From positions 1 to 64,000 of the forward strand of contig JBIPSI010000005.1 in NCBI GenBank assembly GCA_044070495.1: 64,000 nt of DNA. Direction: 5' to 3'. This DNA comes from Spirulina sp. (GTDB lineage: Bacteria > Cyanobacteriota > Cyanobacteriia > Phormidesmidales > Phormidesmidaceae). Positions 9,880 to 19,946 of this stretch are shown piece by piece (the stretch's first letter is position 1; every line of letters begins with the position of its first letter). The notes beneath the pieces are model-generated. The model saw nothing but the letters and a program-made list of their open reading frames with translations. It had not been told where the DNA came from and ran no database searches. Both the position numbers and the translations under genes were made by a program.

Positions 9880-11514
9880 TTGTCGCCCTTCCCTATGTCC
9901 TCTTCCCCTGCGTTGACCCTGCGACTTGCCCTTGATCGACTGACCAAGGCCGATGCCAATCACTATGCCATTTGGGTACTCAGCAGCCCCTTCCCCGATG
10001 GCTATGCCCACCATGATCGGGTCTGGGACGAGGCCATGTCTCAACTGTGGGCGCGGTGGCAGGAATTTTTCTCCCTGCGGGGGCTACCCCTGGTGCCCCA
10101 CGTTCCCTCGGCCTATGCCTCTCCGGTTGACCTAGAGGCCCTGCTGGATCAGGTGGGGCCACCGATGGAATCGGGGGGGCAAACTGGACGCCTGATGCAG
10201 GGCCTAGGGGTGAGCCTCTGGAACTGGCTGTTTGACGGCCCCCTGCGAGCCACCCTAGAGCGCAGCTTGGGCATGGCCATGGGGCTAGACTGCCCCCTGC
10301 ACCTTCAGCTCGAAATTCGTGCCCCCGAACTGATTAGCCTGCCCTGGGAAATTATGCAGCCGGAGCCCGGTCGTCCGGCAGTCTCCCTAGGGCCACAAAT
10401 TTTATTTAGCCGCACCACCAGCGCTGTGGATACCCTGCCGCCCATAGACCTGGATCGGTCGCTGCGGGTATTGCTGGTGCTGGGCCAAGGGGAAGGGGGA
10501 GAAATGGGATCGACGGCAACCCTGCAACTGTCCCAAGAGGCCGCCATTCTGAAACAGCTCCTAGAGCAAAGCGCCTCGCGGATCGGGGCCAGTGCAGCCG
10601 CTCCCTGCCAAGTGAGCACCCTGGTAGAACCCGACACCAAGACCCTAGTCACCACCCTAGAGAGCGGTCAGTTCAACGTGTTTTTCTATGCAGGCCACGG
10701 GGTACCAGCCCCGGATGGAGGGCTGCTGTTCTTGAACCCAGACGTGACCCTGAGCGGAATGGAACTGGCCCAGGTCTTGGTGCGCTGTCGTCTGCGGTTG
10801 GCCGTTTTTAATACCTGCTGGGGAGCCCAGCCCGATCAGAGCCACAGCCAGGTGATTTCGCGCAGTAGCTTGGCTGAGGTGTTGCTACACCATGGCATAC
10901 CAGCAGTACTAGCCATGCGCGACTCCATTGCCGACGAGGAGGCCCTCAGCTTCATTCAAGTCCTCGCCCAGGGCCTTGCCCAGCGCCAGTGCATAGCCCA
11001 GGCCATGGCCACCGCCCGCCAACATCTGCTCACCGTCTATCGGTTCAACCATCCCGCCTGGACCTTACCTGTTCTCTATCAGCATCCCCAATTTGAGGGA
11101 GCGCTCCTGCAACCCGTGGATCTGGCGGTGACCCAAATCCCAGGACAGGACTCACCCCTAGCCCAGGGGCCGGTGATTCGCTGCGCCGACCATCCCACTC
11201 GGTTTTGGCGCATGGGGGGCGGGCTGATGCGGGTAGGACGCCTGCCCGACAATGACCTTGTCATCTCAGAACCCTGGGTATCTGGGCAACATGCGGAAAT
11301 TTTCTGCCGCAATGGGCTGGGTTCCACCCCCGATCAACCGACCTACTACCTGCGCGACCGATCTCGATTTGGTTCCTACTACTTCGATGGCAAGACCTGG
11401 CAGCATGTGCATCGGGCGGAGGTCACCCTTCCCTTGGGTACAGCCCTGCGATTCGGTAGCCCTGAGGGCCAACTGCTGGAATTTACCCTTGAAGGCAGCC
11501 CCACCCACCCTTGA
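9880..11514 (+). CDS. CHAT (caspase-like) domain + C-terminal FHA protein
   Basis: LPWE, FFYAGHG (His), VFNTCWG (Cys); FHA GR..DNDL..VSGQHA..SRFGS. Confidence 0.85.
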   Translation: MSPFPMSSSPALTLRLALDRLTKADANHYAIWVLSSPFPDGYAHHDRVWDEAMSQLWARWQEFFSLRGLPLVPHVPSAYASPVDLEALLDQVGPPMESGGQTGRLMQGLGVSLWNWLFDGPLRATLERSLGMAMGLDCPLHLQLEIRAPELISLPWEIMQPEPGRPAVSLGPQILFSRTTSAVDTLPPIDLDRSLRVLLVLGQGEGGEMGSTATLQLSQEAAILKQLLEQSASRIGASAAAPCQVSTLVEPDTKTLVTTLESGQFNVFFYAGHGVPAPDGGLLFLNPDVTLSGMELAQVLVRCRLRLAVFNTCWGAQPDQSHSQVISRSSLAEVLLHHGIPAVLAMRDSIADEEALSFIQVLAQGLAQRQCIAQAMATARQHLLTVYRFNHPAWTLPVLYQHPQFEGALLQPVDLAVTQIPGQDSPLAQGPVIRCADHPTRFWRMGGGLMRVGRLPDNDLVISEPWVSGQHAEIFCRNGLGSTPDQPTYYLRDRSRFGSYYFDGKTWQHVHRAEVTLPLGTALRFGSPEGQLLEFTLEGSPTHP

Positions 11515-11647
11515 CCTAACTCCCCTGATCTCAAGTCACCCAATCCTGACCTAATCTCCAGATTAGGATCCCAGGTTAGGATACGGAATAACCCCTGGCG
11601 GTGGTGTAGTCTTTTCCAGGATCTCTACCCAGATTCTTTACCGTCCC

Positions 11648-12277
11648 GTGCATCTTCCCTGTAGACCTATGACTTTGCCCATGTCCTCCCCCAGTTCCGA
11701 TCCTAAGTCCGCCGACCAATCTAAGGCAGACCTGCTCTCCGCCCTAGTGACTCCATCGCCGATCTACCCCTGGGAACCCAATGCCCCAGAGGCCGAACCC
11801 TACTTTGCGACCGCTACAGCCACCGTCGATGATGGCGACGCACTGATCCACACCGCCCTCGCGGAGGGGTGGCAGCGGTTCTCTGCTCAATTAAACAATC
11901 AGTGGGGCCAGACCTCGGAGTCCTTGGTGAGCACCATTCTTCAGCAGCTCAAGGCCCGACTGCAAAGCCCCCCACCCGACGAGATTTTACAAACCATCGC
12001 GATCACCGTCACCGCCCTGCGCGGCAGTGGCCAAACCTACCTCGCCCAGATTGTGACTTGCGCCCAGGCGGTGCTGCCCACCTGGGATGCCGAGGATTTG
12101 GCCGTGCTGGCGCGTCCCTTAGCCTACTCTCTGCGGGATGGCCACAGCGAAATCCTCGATCTGAACCTGCGCTCCATCCTGAAGTCCAACTGGCAAAGCC
12201 TTTCGGAGATCGAACAGGCCCGCCTCAGTCTCACCCTAGCGGCCCTCGCCCTGAGAACCGCCGCCGAGGAAGATTAG
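11648..12277 (+). CDS. Conserved cyanobacterial hypothetical protein
   Basis: 209-aa ORF; YPWEP, WDAEDLAVLARPLAYSLR, LSEIEQARLSL; start uncertain. Confidence 0.65.
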   Translation: MHLPCRPMTLPMSSPSSDPKSADQSKADLLSALVTPSPIYPWEPNAPEAEPYFATATATVDDGDALIHTALAEGWQRFSAQLNNQWGQTSESLVSTILQQLKARLQSPPPDEILQTIAITVTALRGSGQTYLAQIVTCAQAVLPTWDAEDLAVLARPLAYSLRDGHSEILDLNLRSILKSNWQSLSEIEQARLSLTLAALALRTAAEED

Positions 12278-12297
12278 ACTTCGCCTCACTTAAACGG

Positions 12298-12567
12298 CTA
12301 AAAGTCGTAGGCTAGGTGCCCATTGCGCTCCACCCAAATGTTGGTAATGTCTAGGCCTAGGCGGCGGATGGCGTGGCGGAGTTCCAGTTGGGCATCGTCT
12401 AATTGCCACAGGGAGGCGTAGTCGCGGCAGTTGATGACGAGGGTGTTCGCCGTGGCAAAGACGTAGATGATGTTGAGGTCGGTGAGGCTGGCCGCCGCTA
12501 AAATGGCCTGTCCAGTTTGCTGAGCCTGCCGAATTTGGTGCAGTAGTTTTTCGGTTTTAACAGTCAT
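12298..12567 (-). CDS. Hypothetical 89-aa protein downstream of glutamine riboswitch
   Basis: ATG at 12567 preceded by GGAGG RBS. Confidence 0.7.
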   Translation of the reverse strand: MTVKTEKLLHQIRQAQQTGQAILAAASLTDLNIIYVFATANTLVINCRDYASLWQLDDAQLELRHAIRRLGLDITNIWVERNGHLAYDF

Positions 12568-12603
12568 GGATTTCGCCTCCAAGGGGTCGAAGAGGAGTTA
12601 AGA

Positions 12604-12660
12604 GGCGCGTTCCTTCGGGAAACTCCCTACTTCCGTCTCCAGGGTTGGAGATGAACGGAT
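12604..12660 (-). ncRNA. Glutamine riboswitch (glnA RNA motif)
   Basis: Minus strand CGTTC-A-TCTCCAACCCTGGAGA-CGGAAGTA-GGGAGTTTCCC-GAAG-GAACG-CGCC: three-stem junction with conserved GGAAGUA/GAAG. Confidence 0.85.
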
Positions 12661-12820
12661 TTATGGAGGGCCACCAAGGCCCCGCGAGCGTCATACCCCA
12701 CAACAAATTGCCGCCCCTGAAATGGAGACAGCTTGGGATGACCCACCGCCAACAGACCCATGCTCTGAGCCTCAAAACATCGCCAGGGAGAATTGAGGGT
12801 GCAGATTTATCGGCCCGTCT

Positions 12821-12834
12821 GTATTTATTGTTAC
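12821..12834. promoter_or_regulatory. Putative NtcA box
   Basis: GTA-TTTATTGT-TAC, exact GTA-N8-TAC, upstream of the riboswitch. Confidence 0.55.
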
Positions 12835-12916
12835 CAAATTTCGACCCAAGCGCGATAGCTGGGCGTATCTGTAAAAAGTTGTAATACAAGGGCGGTTTCC
12901 CTAGCCCAGTCTAGCC

Positions 12917-13162
12917 CTATAGATCGCCCTCTAGCTTCCGTCGAGATTCTCCCCAGTAGGCGCTGACGGTGATCACTTCTTTGTCGCCCTTAATCTCTGA
13001 ACGCCAGCGATACACGGTGTTTTTGGGATTTACGCCCACCTCCAGCAGCTTGGCCCCCATGTAGTATTCCATAGAATCGCGGGTGCGCTTTTTGAAGAAC
13101 TCGGACTGGTTTTTGGGCACTGTGCGCGATAGGTGGGCTTGGGTGTGCTTAGGTGTGGGCAT
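12917..13162 (-). CDS. Small conserved hypothetical protein
   Basis: 81-aa ORF, basic. Confidence 0.6.
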   Translation of the reverse strand: MPTPKHTQAHLSRTVPKNQSEFFKKRTRDSMEYYMGAKLLEVGVNPKNTVYRWRSEIKGDKEVITVSAYWGESRRKLEGDL

Positions 13163-13279
13163 GGACGAATCGCAAAAATGGAAAAAGGTCAGCTTCCATC
13201 ATAATCGAGAGTGCTGGGGCTGACATCTTGGGCGGCGGCAGGAGGATGTGGGGGCGAACCAGGCCCAACCCAACCCCCA

Positions 13280-13630
13280 CTAATTGGGGTTAAGCGCCTG
13301 GGCAAGGACTTGGGGCAGACCAATTTCGCTGCACACTTCGTAGAACGTGGTGACGGGCGGGGCAGCGAACAGGTGGGCAATTTTGGCCAGGGTTTGCTCG
13401 TAGATGACATTGTGGTGTTCGCCCATGTCCTCAATGTTTTCCCAGAGGATGATGGCAATGCCGCGATCCGTGCCCGGTTCCTGCAAAAGGTAGGCCCCCT
13501 GAAAGCCCTTGTCAAAGGTGGAAACCGCCTTTTCATAAAGCTGGCGAGCTTCGGAAAAGCAGCCTGGCTTGAATTCACCAATGGCCACGTAAGCGTACTT
13601 GTGCTTCAAAAAATCATCAAAGTCAGACAT
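13280..13630 (-). CDS. ABM-like (dimeric alpha-beta barrel) protein
   Basis: 116 aa; GEFKPG, GFQGAYLL, IAIILWE pattern. Confidence 0.65.
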   Translation of the reverse strand: MSDFDDFLKHKYAYVAIGEFKPGCFSEARQLYEKAVSTFDKGFQGAYLLQEPGTDRGIAIILWENIEDMGEHHNVIYEQTLAKIAHLFAAPPVTTFYEVCSEIGLPQVLAQALNPN

Positions 13631-13896
13631 GGCAGTTTAGATCGGAATGAGTAAATAACTTTAGGGGTTCAGGGCCACTTTTGCCAGCCCTGGAGTCTCG
13701 AAAAGTCGTTCCCTTAGTGTGGCGCAGATGCCGCCCCTCGGTGCTCTTTCTAACCTTGGCTTTAGATTCCGGGGCGATGGCTAGAAGTGTTGCCCCCACT
13801 CAAATCCCTGAGATGGTGGGTGGCTCAGGGGGAATGGCCCTAGCGCCCCAGGCCGATGGGTATGATGGGGCTGTGTTCTGCGAGGCTGTTTTTCCC

Positions 13897-14568
13897 ATGT
13901 CAAACCGCACCCTAACTCTCACCGATGGCCTGTATGAGTACCTCCTGGCCCACTCGGTGCAGGAGCCAGACATTCTCAAGGCCCTGCGTCAGGAAACGGC
14001 CCAGCACCCCATGGCCCAGATGCAAATTGCGCCAGAACAGGGGCAGTTGATGGCGCTGCTGATTCAGCTAATGGGGGCCAAAAAGGCGCTGGAAGTAGGG
14101 GTGTTTACGGGCTATAGCGCCCTACGGGTGGCGATGGCCCTGCCGCCGGAGGGACGGTTAATCGCCTGCGATGTCAACCCCGACTACACGGCCATCGCCC
14201 AGCGCTATTGGGAACAGGCGGGGGTAGCGCACAAAATTGACCTGCGCCTCGCTCCGGCAACGGAAACCCTAGCCCAACTCATCGCTGGGGGCGAACAGGA
14301 CAGCTTCGACTTTGCCTTCATTGATGCCGACAAAAGCAACTACCCCACCTACTACGAGCAGGTGCTTCAGTTGGTGCGGCCCGGTGGATTAATCGCCATC
14401 GACAATGTGCTGTGGTCAGGGCGGGTGGCGGATCCATCGGTCACCGATAACCGCACCGAAACCCTGCGACGATTCAACGCAGCCCTGGCCGCCGATCCGC
14501 GCATTGTGCTTAGTCTCGTGCCCATTGCCGATGGTCTCACCCTGGCCCTCAAGCTTGCCGATTCCTAG
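13897..14568 (+). CDS. SAM-dependent O-methyltransferase (caffeoyl-CoA type)
   Basis: LEVGVFTGYS, FDFAFIDADK, IDNVLWSG, PIADGLT. Confidence 0.9.
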   Translation: MSNRTLTLTDGLYEYLLAHSVQEPDILKALRQETAQHPMAQMQIAPEQGQLMALLIQLMGAKKALEVGVFTGYSALRVAMALPPEGRLIACDVNPDYTAIAQRYWEQAGVAHKIDLRLAPATETLAQLIAGGEQDSFDFAFIDADKSNYPTYYEQVLQLVRPGGLIAIDNVLWSGRVADPSVTDNRTETLRRFNAALAADPRIVLSLVPIADGLTLALKLADS

Positions 14569-14695
14569 GCAAGAACGCCAAGCGACCCTTTAGCCTAACG
14601 AGGGGCCTTGAGTTCAGGCTCTCAAACAACAAAGACCGCCAGCCCAGAGAACTAGCGGTCTTTGCTGGGGTACAACTGCCCCCGATGAGACGGGC

Positions 14696-15613
14696 CTAGC
14701 GGAGGAAGTTGGTGGGGCCAGTGTAGCCCGACAGCTCGGCTAGACGGCGCAGGGGCTGGGCACCGGGGTAGAATTGCCCGTCGATTTCCCAGGTGGGGAA
14801 GCCCGTCACCTCAGGCGTCGAACGACAGAGATCGGTCTGGGGGTTAACGCCTTCGGGATCGCATTCTACGTTGGGTAGAATAGCCACCGCTTCGGCCCCA
14901 AAAGCCTGCTTTTGATCGTGGCAGTGGGGGCACCACCAGGCGGAATACATCGACGCACCGCTGTCCTTGAGGTACTGGGCCAGGGCAATTTCAGCAGGGC
15001 CAGAACTGGTGGTGATGGGTGGCCCTACCTGGCCTTGCACCGTACCCGATCCACCACCGGCCCGAATGGGGGCATAGACCGCCATCACTCCGGTTAGGGT
15101 CACCATGGCGACAATGACGCCAATGAAGGCAAGCTGCCCCAGATCGTCCCAGCGCCGCCCCAGCAGGGTAATCACAAACATGGCTAGGGCAAATAGGGCC
15201 GAGGCCACACAGAAAGGGCAGAAGGCCTTAATTTCAAAGGCCATGATGGTCATCAAGTAGCCGCTAAAGACCACCATGGCCGTGGCTAGGGTGAAAATCA
15301 GGGGCCAGGTGGTGGTTTCTAGCTTCTGGCGCAGGGCTTTGTTTTGGTCGGGGTTGATCCACAGGGGCGCGGTGGCCAGGGCAAACATGGCCGCATAGCC
15401 CAAAAAGCCAAACAGGGTCAGCGGCAGCCCAAAGATGGTGGCATAGGGGCTGTTCAAGACGCGATCACAGCCCTCGGTGGGGCAGGCATCGCTGCCCATC
15501 AGCTTCGTAATCGTGAGGTAAGCCGTTTCTACCGCCCCCAGGGCTGCAATACCAGCCAGCAGCCAGCGGGAGCGGCGATGAATCCAGCGGCTTTCTTGAC
15601 GTCGTCGTCTCAT
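14696..15613 (-). CDS. Vitamin K epoxide reductase-thioredoxin fusion
   Basis: CPTEGC, CPFC (VKOR), WWCPHC (Trx-like), GFPTW. Confidence 0.9.
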   Translation of the reverse strand: MRRRRQESRWIHRRSRWLLAGIAALGAVETAYLTITKLMGSDACPTEGCDRVLNSPYATIFGLPLTLFGFLGYAAMFALATAPLWINPDQNKALRQKLETTTWPLIFTLATAMVVFSGYLMTIMAFEIKAFCPFCVASALFALAMFVITLLGRRWDDLGQLAFIGVIVAMVTLTGVMAVYAPIRAGGGSGTVQGQVGPPITTSSGPAEIALAQYLKDSGASMYSAWWCPHCHDQKQAFGAEAVAILPNVECDPEGVNPQTDLCRSTPEVTGFPTWEIDGQFYPGAQPLRRLAELSGYTGPTNFLR

Positions 15614-15763
15614 CGGAGTTCTCTCAACCTGAAGTACTCTGCTCGGCTGATCCGTTGACCAGCAACCGAATTTCTTAGACCTACGGGTGAGGTCTGCTGT
15701 TTATCTTAGTGCGTGAATCTTCAGTCTGTGAATCTATCGCCTGCAAGACTCCGCCTAGGAAGC

Positions 15764-16633
15764 CTAGGAGACCGCCAGGGTGGGCATGGTCTCCCCTAGG
15801 GTTGGGCTTTGCAGCCCCTCCGCCATGGCCTCCACAAACTGCCCCACGCGAATCGGATCAATGGGCTGATTGATATCGCCGTGGCGCTTGAGGGAACTGG
15901 CCACAATCACGCCATCAGCAGCCTGCATGAGGGTGCCAATATTATCCCAGGTGGCCCCACTGCCAATGAAGACGGGGCAGGCTCCGGCGGCGGCCTTGGC
16001 TAGTTCTAAATCCTCTAGGCTGGGGGGGCTGCCCGTAGCCCACCCCGATAGGATGACGCCATCGGCCATGCCTCGGTGAATGGTTTCTTGCACCGCCGTC
16101 GTTAGATTGGGCGACCCCAGGGGACGGGCGTGCTTCACCAGCACATCGGCCAAAATCTTGACCTCGCTGCCGAGGGTTTGGCGGTAGCGCAGTAGGTCGT
16201 GGGCACAGCCTTCGATCAGGCCCTGATCCGTGGCCATCACCCCCGTCAGCACGTTCACCCGGATGAACTTAGCCCCCACACAGGTGGCAATGGCCATGGC
16301 GCTACGGGCATCGTTGCGGAGCACATTGAGGCCAATGGGCACCATGATCAGGGATTGCAGCCGATGCACCACCAGGCTCATGGCGCTAACCACGGCAGGA
16401 TCGACGGATCCCTTGGTGAAGGGCGCATCGAAAAAGTTCTCTACAATAATGCCGTGAACTCCCCCGGAGGCCAGGGCTGTGGCTTCCTGTTCGGCGCGGT
16501 CGATGACTTGCTGAAGATTTCCCTGCCAGCGTGGTGACTGGGGCAGAGGCAGCAAATGGACAACACCAAGGACGGGGTGATCGGTTCTAAAGGTTTCAAA
16601 TAAGTCCACGTTCGTCTTTGCCTGGACTCGCAA
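15764..16633 (-). CDS. btpA: Photosystem I biogenesis protein BtpA
   Basis: GVVHLLPLP, VENFFDAPF, NVLRND, ILADVLVKH. Confidence 0.9.
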   Translation of the reverse strand: MRVQAKTNVDLFETFRTDHPVLGVVHLLPLPQSPRWQGNLQQVIDRAEQEATALASGGVHGIIVENFFDAPFTKGSVDPAVVSAMSLVVHRLQSLIMVPIGLNVLRNDARSAMAIATCVGAKFIRVNVLTGVMATDQGLIEGCAHDLLRYRQTLGSEVKILADVLVKHARPLGSPNLTTAVQETIHRGMADGVILSGWATGSPPSLEDLELAKAAAGACPVFIGSGATWDNIGTLMQAADGVIVASSLKRHGDINQPIDPIRVGQFVEAMAEGLQSPTLGETMPTLAVS

Positions 16634-16969
16634 GAGTAATCACGACACAGCAAATATGACTCGGAAACACCGAAGCATTTCCTCAGCCCCATTTACCTTA
16701 CCAGCATACCAAGGATACGGACGCCCTATGAGATTGTGGGGTAGTGGAGCGCGACTGGGCCGGATCCGTGATCGGATTGAGACAAACCCTGCTACGCTGA
16801 ATGTCTGAAATGCCTATCCCCCTGGGGGCTTACCCCTGGTAAACCCGATTCCCCTAGCCGATCTGATTCCCTTGGGTAGACCGGATTCTCCCGGAATCCG
16901 TACCTAGGGAATCCGTACCTAGGACGTTGGGCTACGGGCTAGGCCGCTGTTGATCCTTATTGTGATTGG

Positions 16970-17584
16970 GTGAAGTCGTCCTCGGTGCTCGCGCCATTTG
17001 AACTCCTCTGGGCTTTGATTGGCCTGGTGCTCACCATCGTGGCCACCTGGATGGAGGCGTTTACGGTGAATCCACCCTGGGCCTGGGGCCAGACGGGGCT
17101 AACGGTGCTGTCTTTGGGGGTGAGTTTTCAGGTGGGGGCGGTGCTGCTCACGGGCTGCGTGGGCGGCAAAAATGCGGCGGCCCTTTCCCAAATTGCTTAC
17201 CTGGTGCTGGGTCTGGCCCTGTTTCGGGTGTTCGAGTTTCCGGTATTCACCCAGGGCGGCGGGCTTAGCTATGTGCGCGAACCCAGCTTTGGCTACTTAT
17301 TAGGATTTCTGCCAGCGGGCTGGATTTGTGGCTACCTGGCCTTCCAAGACCCGCCCAAGCTGGAAAACCTGACCGTAAGCAGCCTTTGTGGCCTAGGGGT
17401 GATCCATGTCTGTGGATTGGTTTACCTCACGTTCGCTTCCCTGCTAGGCTGGCTAAGCACGGTTTCGGCCTCCTACTGGGAACTGGTTTTGAACTATTCG
17501 GTGCTGCCGTTCCCCGGTCATCTCGTCGTGGTGTGTGCGGTGTCGGTGCTATCCCTTGCCCTGCGGCAATTGCTATTTTATTAA
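16970..17584 (+). CDS. bioY: Biotin transporter BioY
   Basis: Membrane protein; SFQV..LLTG, PVFTQGGG, PSFGYLLGF. Confidence 0.85.
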   Translation: MKSSSVLAPFELLWALIGLVLTIVATWMEAFTVNPPWAWGQTGLTVLSLGVSFQVGAVLLTGCVGGKNAAALSQIAYLVLGLALFRVFEFPVFTQGGGLSYVREPSFGYLLGFLPAGWICGYLAFQDPPKLENLTVSSLCGLGVIHVCGLVYLTFASLLGWLSTVSASYWELVLNYSVLPFPGHLVVVCAVSVLSLALRQLLFY

Positions 17585-17588
17585 GCCC

Positions 17589-18071
17589 ATGCGACTTCGC
17601 AATCACCTGTTTTGGATAGCGGCGGTACTGGGTCTGGTGATCGACCAACTCACCAAGTACTGGGTCACGCAAACCTTTGAACTCACCACCCCGCCCGATG
17701 CCATGGCGATCTGGCCAGGGGTGTTTTACTTCACCTACGTCACCAACACCGGGGCGGCCTTTAGCCTATTCAGCAACAATGGCGAATGGCTGAAGTGGCT
17801 CTCCATGGCCGTTAGTGCCGGGTTAATTGCCCTGGGCTGGGGCGTGGTTCTCCCCAACCGCTGGGAACAGGTAGGCTATGGCTTCATCCTAGCCGGGGCC
17901 TTGGGCAACGGTATCGACCGGGTGCTGGCCGGAGAAGTGGTGGATTTTTTAGATTTCCGGCTGATTCGCTTCCCGATTTTCAATATGGCCGATGTCTGTA
18001 TCAATATCGGCATTATCTGCCTGCTCATTGCCGCCCTACGCCACCCCGCCAAACATCCTGAAAACAGCTAA
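17589..18071 (+). CDS. lspA: Lipoprotein signal peptidase II
   Basis: DQLTK, NTGAAFS, GALGNGIDR, VVDFL, FNMAD. Confidence 0.93.
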   Translation: MRLRNHLFWIAAVLGLVIDQLTKYWVTQTFELTTPPDAMAIWPGVFYFTYVTNTGAAFSLFSNNGEWLKWLSMAVSAGLIALGWGVVLPNRWEQVGYGFILAGALGNGIDRVLAGEVVDFLDFRLIRFPIFNMADVCINIGIICLLIAALRHPAKHPENS

Positions 18072-18118
18072 CCCCAAGGCCATTAACCCCCAAAGCCACG
18101 AATCCCAAAGCCCCCCAC

Positions 18119-18236
18119 AACCTTCCCCACCTGTAACCTTCCCCACCTGCAACCGTCCCCACCTACAACCGTCCCCACCTGCAACCGTCCCCACCTGCAA
18201 CCGTCCCCACCTGTAACCTTCCCCACCCGAAACCTT
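18119..18236. repeat. Tandem 16-bp repeat (AACC(T/G)TCCCCACCT(G/A)(C/T), ~7 copies)
   Basis: Directly visible intergenic array. Confidence 0.85.
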
Positions 18237-18275
18237 GCTAGCCTAAAACCATCTTTCCCAACACCACCCAGGAGA

Positions 18276-18473
18276 TTGTCCATGACTCCTCGCCGCCGCT
18301 ACCCCCTCCAACCCTTTACCAAGGTCTTTCTGGTGGCCCTCGGTGTCACCCTGATCGTGTGGCTGCTGCGGGGGCTGGCGGTGCTGGCCTTTATGCCGGG
18401 GGTGGTGCTGTGGGTGTTGATTTTGATTTGTTTTAGCCTGGGCATCATCAGCACCCTCCAACGCATTCGCTAG
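18276..18473 (+). CDS. Small two-TM hypothetical protein
   Basis: 65 aa, two hydrophobic helices, GGAG RBS. Confidence 0.6.
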   Translation: MSMTPRRRYPLQPFTKVFLVALGVTLIVWLLRGLAVLAFMPGVVLWVLILICFSLGIISTLQRIR

Positions 18474-18491
18474 GGGCGGGGTTGGTTGACC

Positions 18492-19181
18492 CTAGGGTTT
18501 GGCAGGTTGAGAATTGGGGTTGCCTAGCTCGGATCGGGTATCCGATACGGCTTGGCAAATTCTGACCAGTTGCCGTGCCAGATCGGTAATCTTGCCCCAA
18601 TCCTCCTGGGCGAGGGCATCGGCGGGGAACAGCCCCGTGGAAAGCCCTACCGCCGTTGCGCCAGCCTTCAGCAGGGTGTCCACCTGATCGATGGCCAGCC
18701 CGCCCGTAGGGATGAGGGGAATGTGGCCTAGGGGGGCTTGCAAACTGCGTAGATAGCTTGGCCCCCCCATGGCCCCCACCGGAAACACCTTCACCGCTGG
18801 GGCACCTGCCCGCCACGCCGCCCCAATTTCGCTGGGGGTAAGGGCACCGGGCACCAGGGGCCACCGTCGATCCGCCGCCCACTGCAATAGATCGGGATCT
18901 GTGTAGGGCGAAAATCCAAACTCGGCCCCCGCCGCCATCGCCGCCTGAAAATCTGCCATAGACAGCACCGTACCCACCCCAATCCAGCAGTGGGGTAGGG
19001 CATGGCGCAGGTGAGCCACTAGCTTCTCTGGTTGGTCGCTGTTCCAAGTAATTTCAATCAGCCGCACCCCACCCGCCGCTACGGCCTCCGCCATCCGCAA
19101 ACCCAGATCTAGCTGAGGAGCACGCAGCACGGCAATGGCCCGCTGTTGTTGCAGAATCTCTAAAAACGTGGCTGAATCCAT
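18492..19181 (-). CDS. eda: KDPG/KHG aldolase
   Basis: IEIT, GVGTV, PGALTPSEI, VKVFP, LIPTGG. Confidence 0.88.
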   Translation of the reverse strand: MDSATFLEILQQQRAIAVLRAPQLDLGLRMAEAVAAGGVRLIEITWNSDQPEKLVAHLRHALPHCWIGVGTVLSMADFQAAMAAGAEFGFSPYTDPDLLQWAADRRWPLVPGALTPSEIGAAWRAGAPAVKVFPVGAMGGPSYLRSLQAPLGHIPLIPTGGLAIDQVDTLLKAGATAVGLSTGLFPADALAQEDWGKITDLARQLVRICQAVSDTRSELGNPNSQPAKP

Positions 19182-19282
19182 GTTTCGATCCTACAACCAG
19201 AGAATACGGTTGTTCGTTCCAGCGGCCAAGGCATGACGCCAAGGCCAATGAGATTGCTAAATTGATATCCCCCCTCACCTTA

Positions 19283-19546
19283 GGGGGTGTTTGGAACGGG
19301 TTGTCCCAGGTATAGTTTGCCCCTAAGAGACAGCGAAACCAGGGACCTTTGAGGCCGTCAACCTACGACCCAGGTATAACCTGAGACGCTCTTTGACGTT
19401 TCAAATACCCTCTTAGAGGGCGTTTGAAGAGAGTTACCTCAGGTGCGATTGGTCGCTAATTCGGTGAAAATCTACGGGATTTTTGACGACTGAGGCTGAC
19501 CTCATCGGTATAACTTGGGACCTGCTTCGGCTTTTCAAACGTCCTC
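19283..19546. mobile_element. Two tandem ~130-bp MITEs with IS5/IS1031-like ends and TTA flanks
   Basis: TTA-[GGGGGTGTTTGGAA..TTTCAAATACCCTC]-TTA-[GAGGGCGTTTGAA..TTTTCAAACGTCCTC]-TTA. Confidence 0.65.
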
Positions 19547-19946
19547 TTAAGGAGGCCAAGGAGGACGACTCTTCCCAGGGCGGCATTGTCACGAGGAGCA
19601 ATGGTAAAGAATAGCCATAATTTCTCGGCAACGGTCGATTAGAAGTCTAAAATAACAAATGAAATCCTGAATCTAGAAAGCCTTTTAGAGATCAAAAATC
19701 TTTTTTTGTTGACATCTCACCGTAGTCAATCAAGACCTTTTCAACCAATATCATAGATGTTTTCCATGGAAATCTGACATTTCCCTCACTCAAAAGTCAT
19801 AATCGTCATATCGCCTCAGCACTCCTCTAGGATGCAGGCTAAACTCGGCATTATGGCATAGCAGATTATGATGATTTATGGATATAAAGACACCAGTAAG
19901 AAACGTTGGTTTTGTGAGTTCCAACAGATAGGTTAAGTCGTCCACA

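Noticed and set aside
13681..13896. N-terminal extension of the O-methyltransferase
   Set aside because: Family similarity begins at MSNRTL (13897).
18119..18236. Possible CRISPR-like array
   Set aside because: Contiguous 16-bp units with no unique spacers; a simple tandem repeat.
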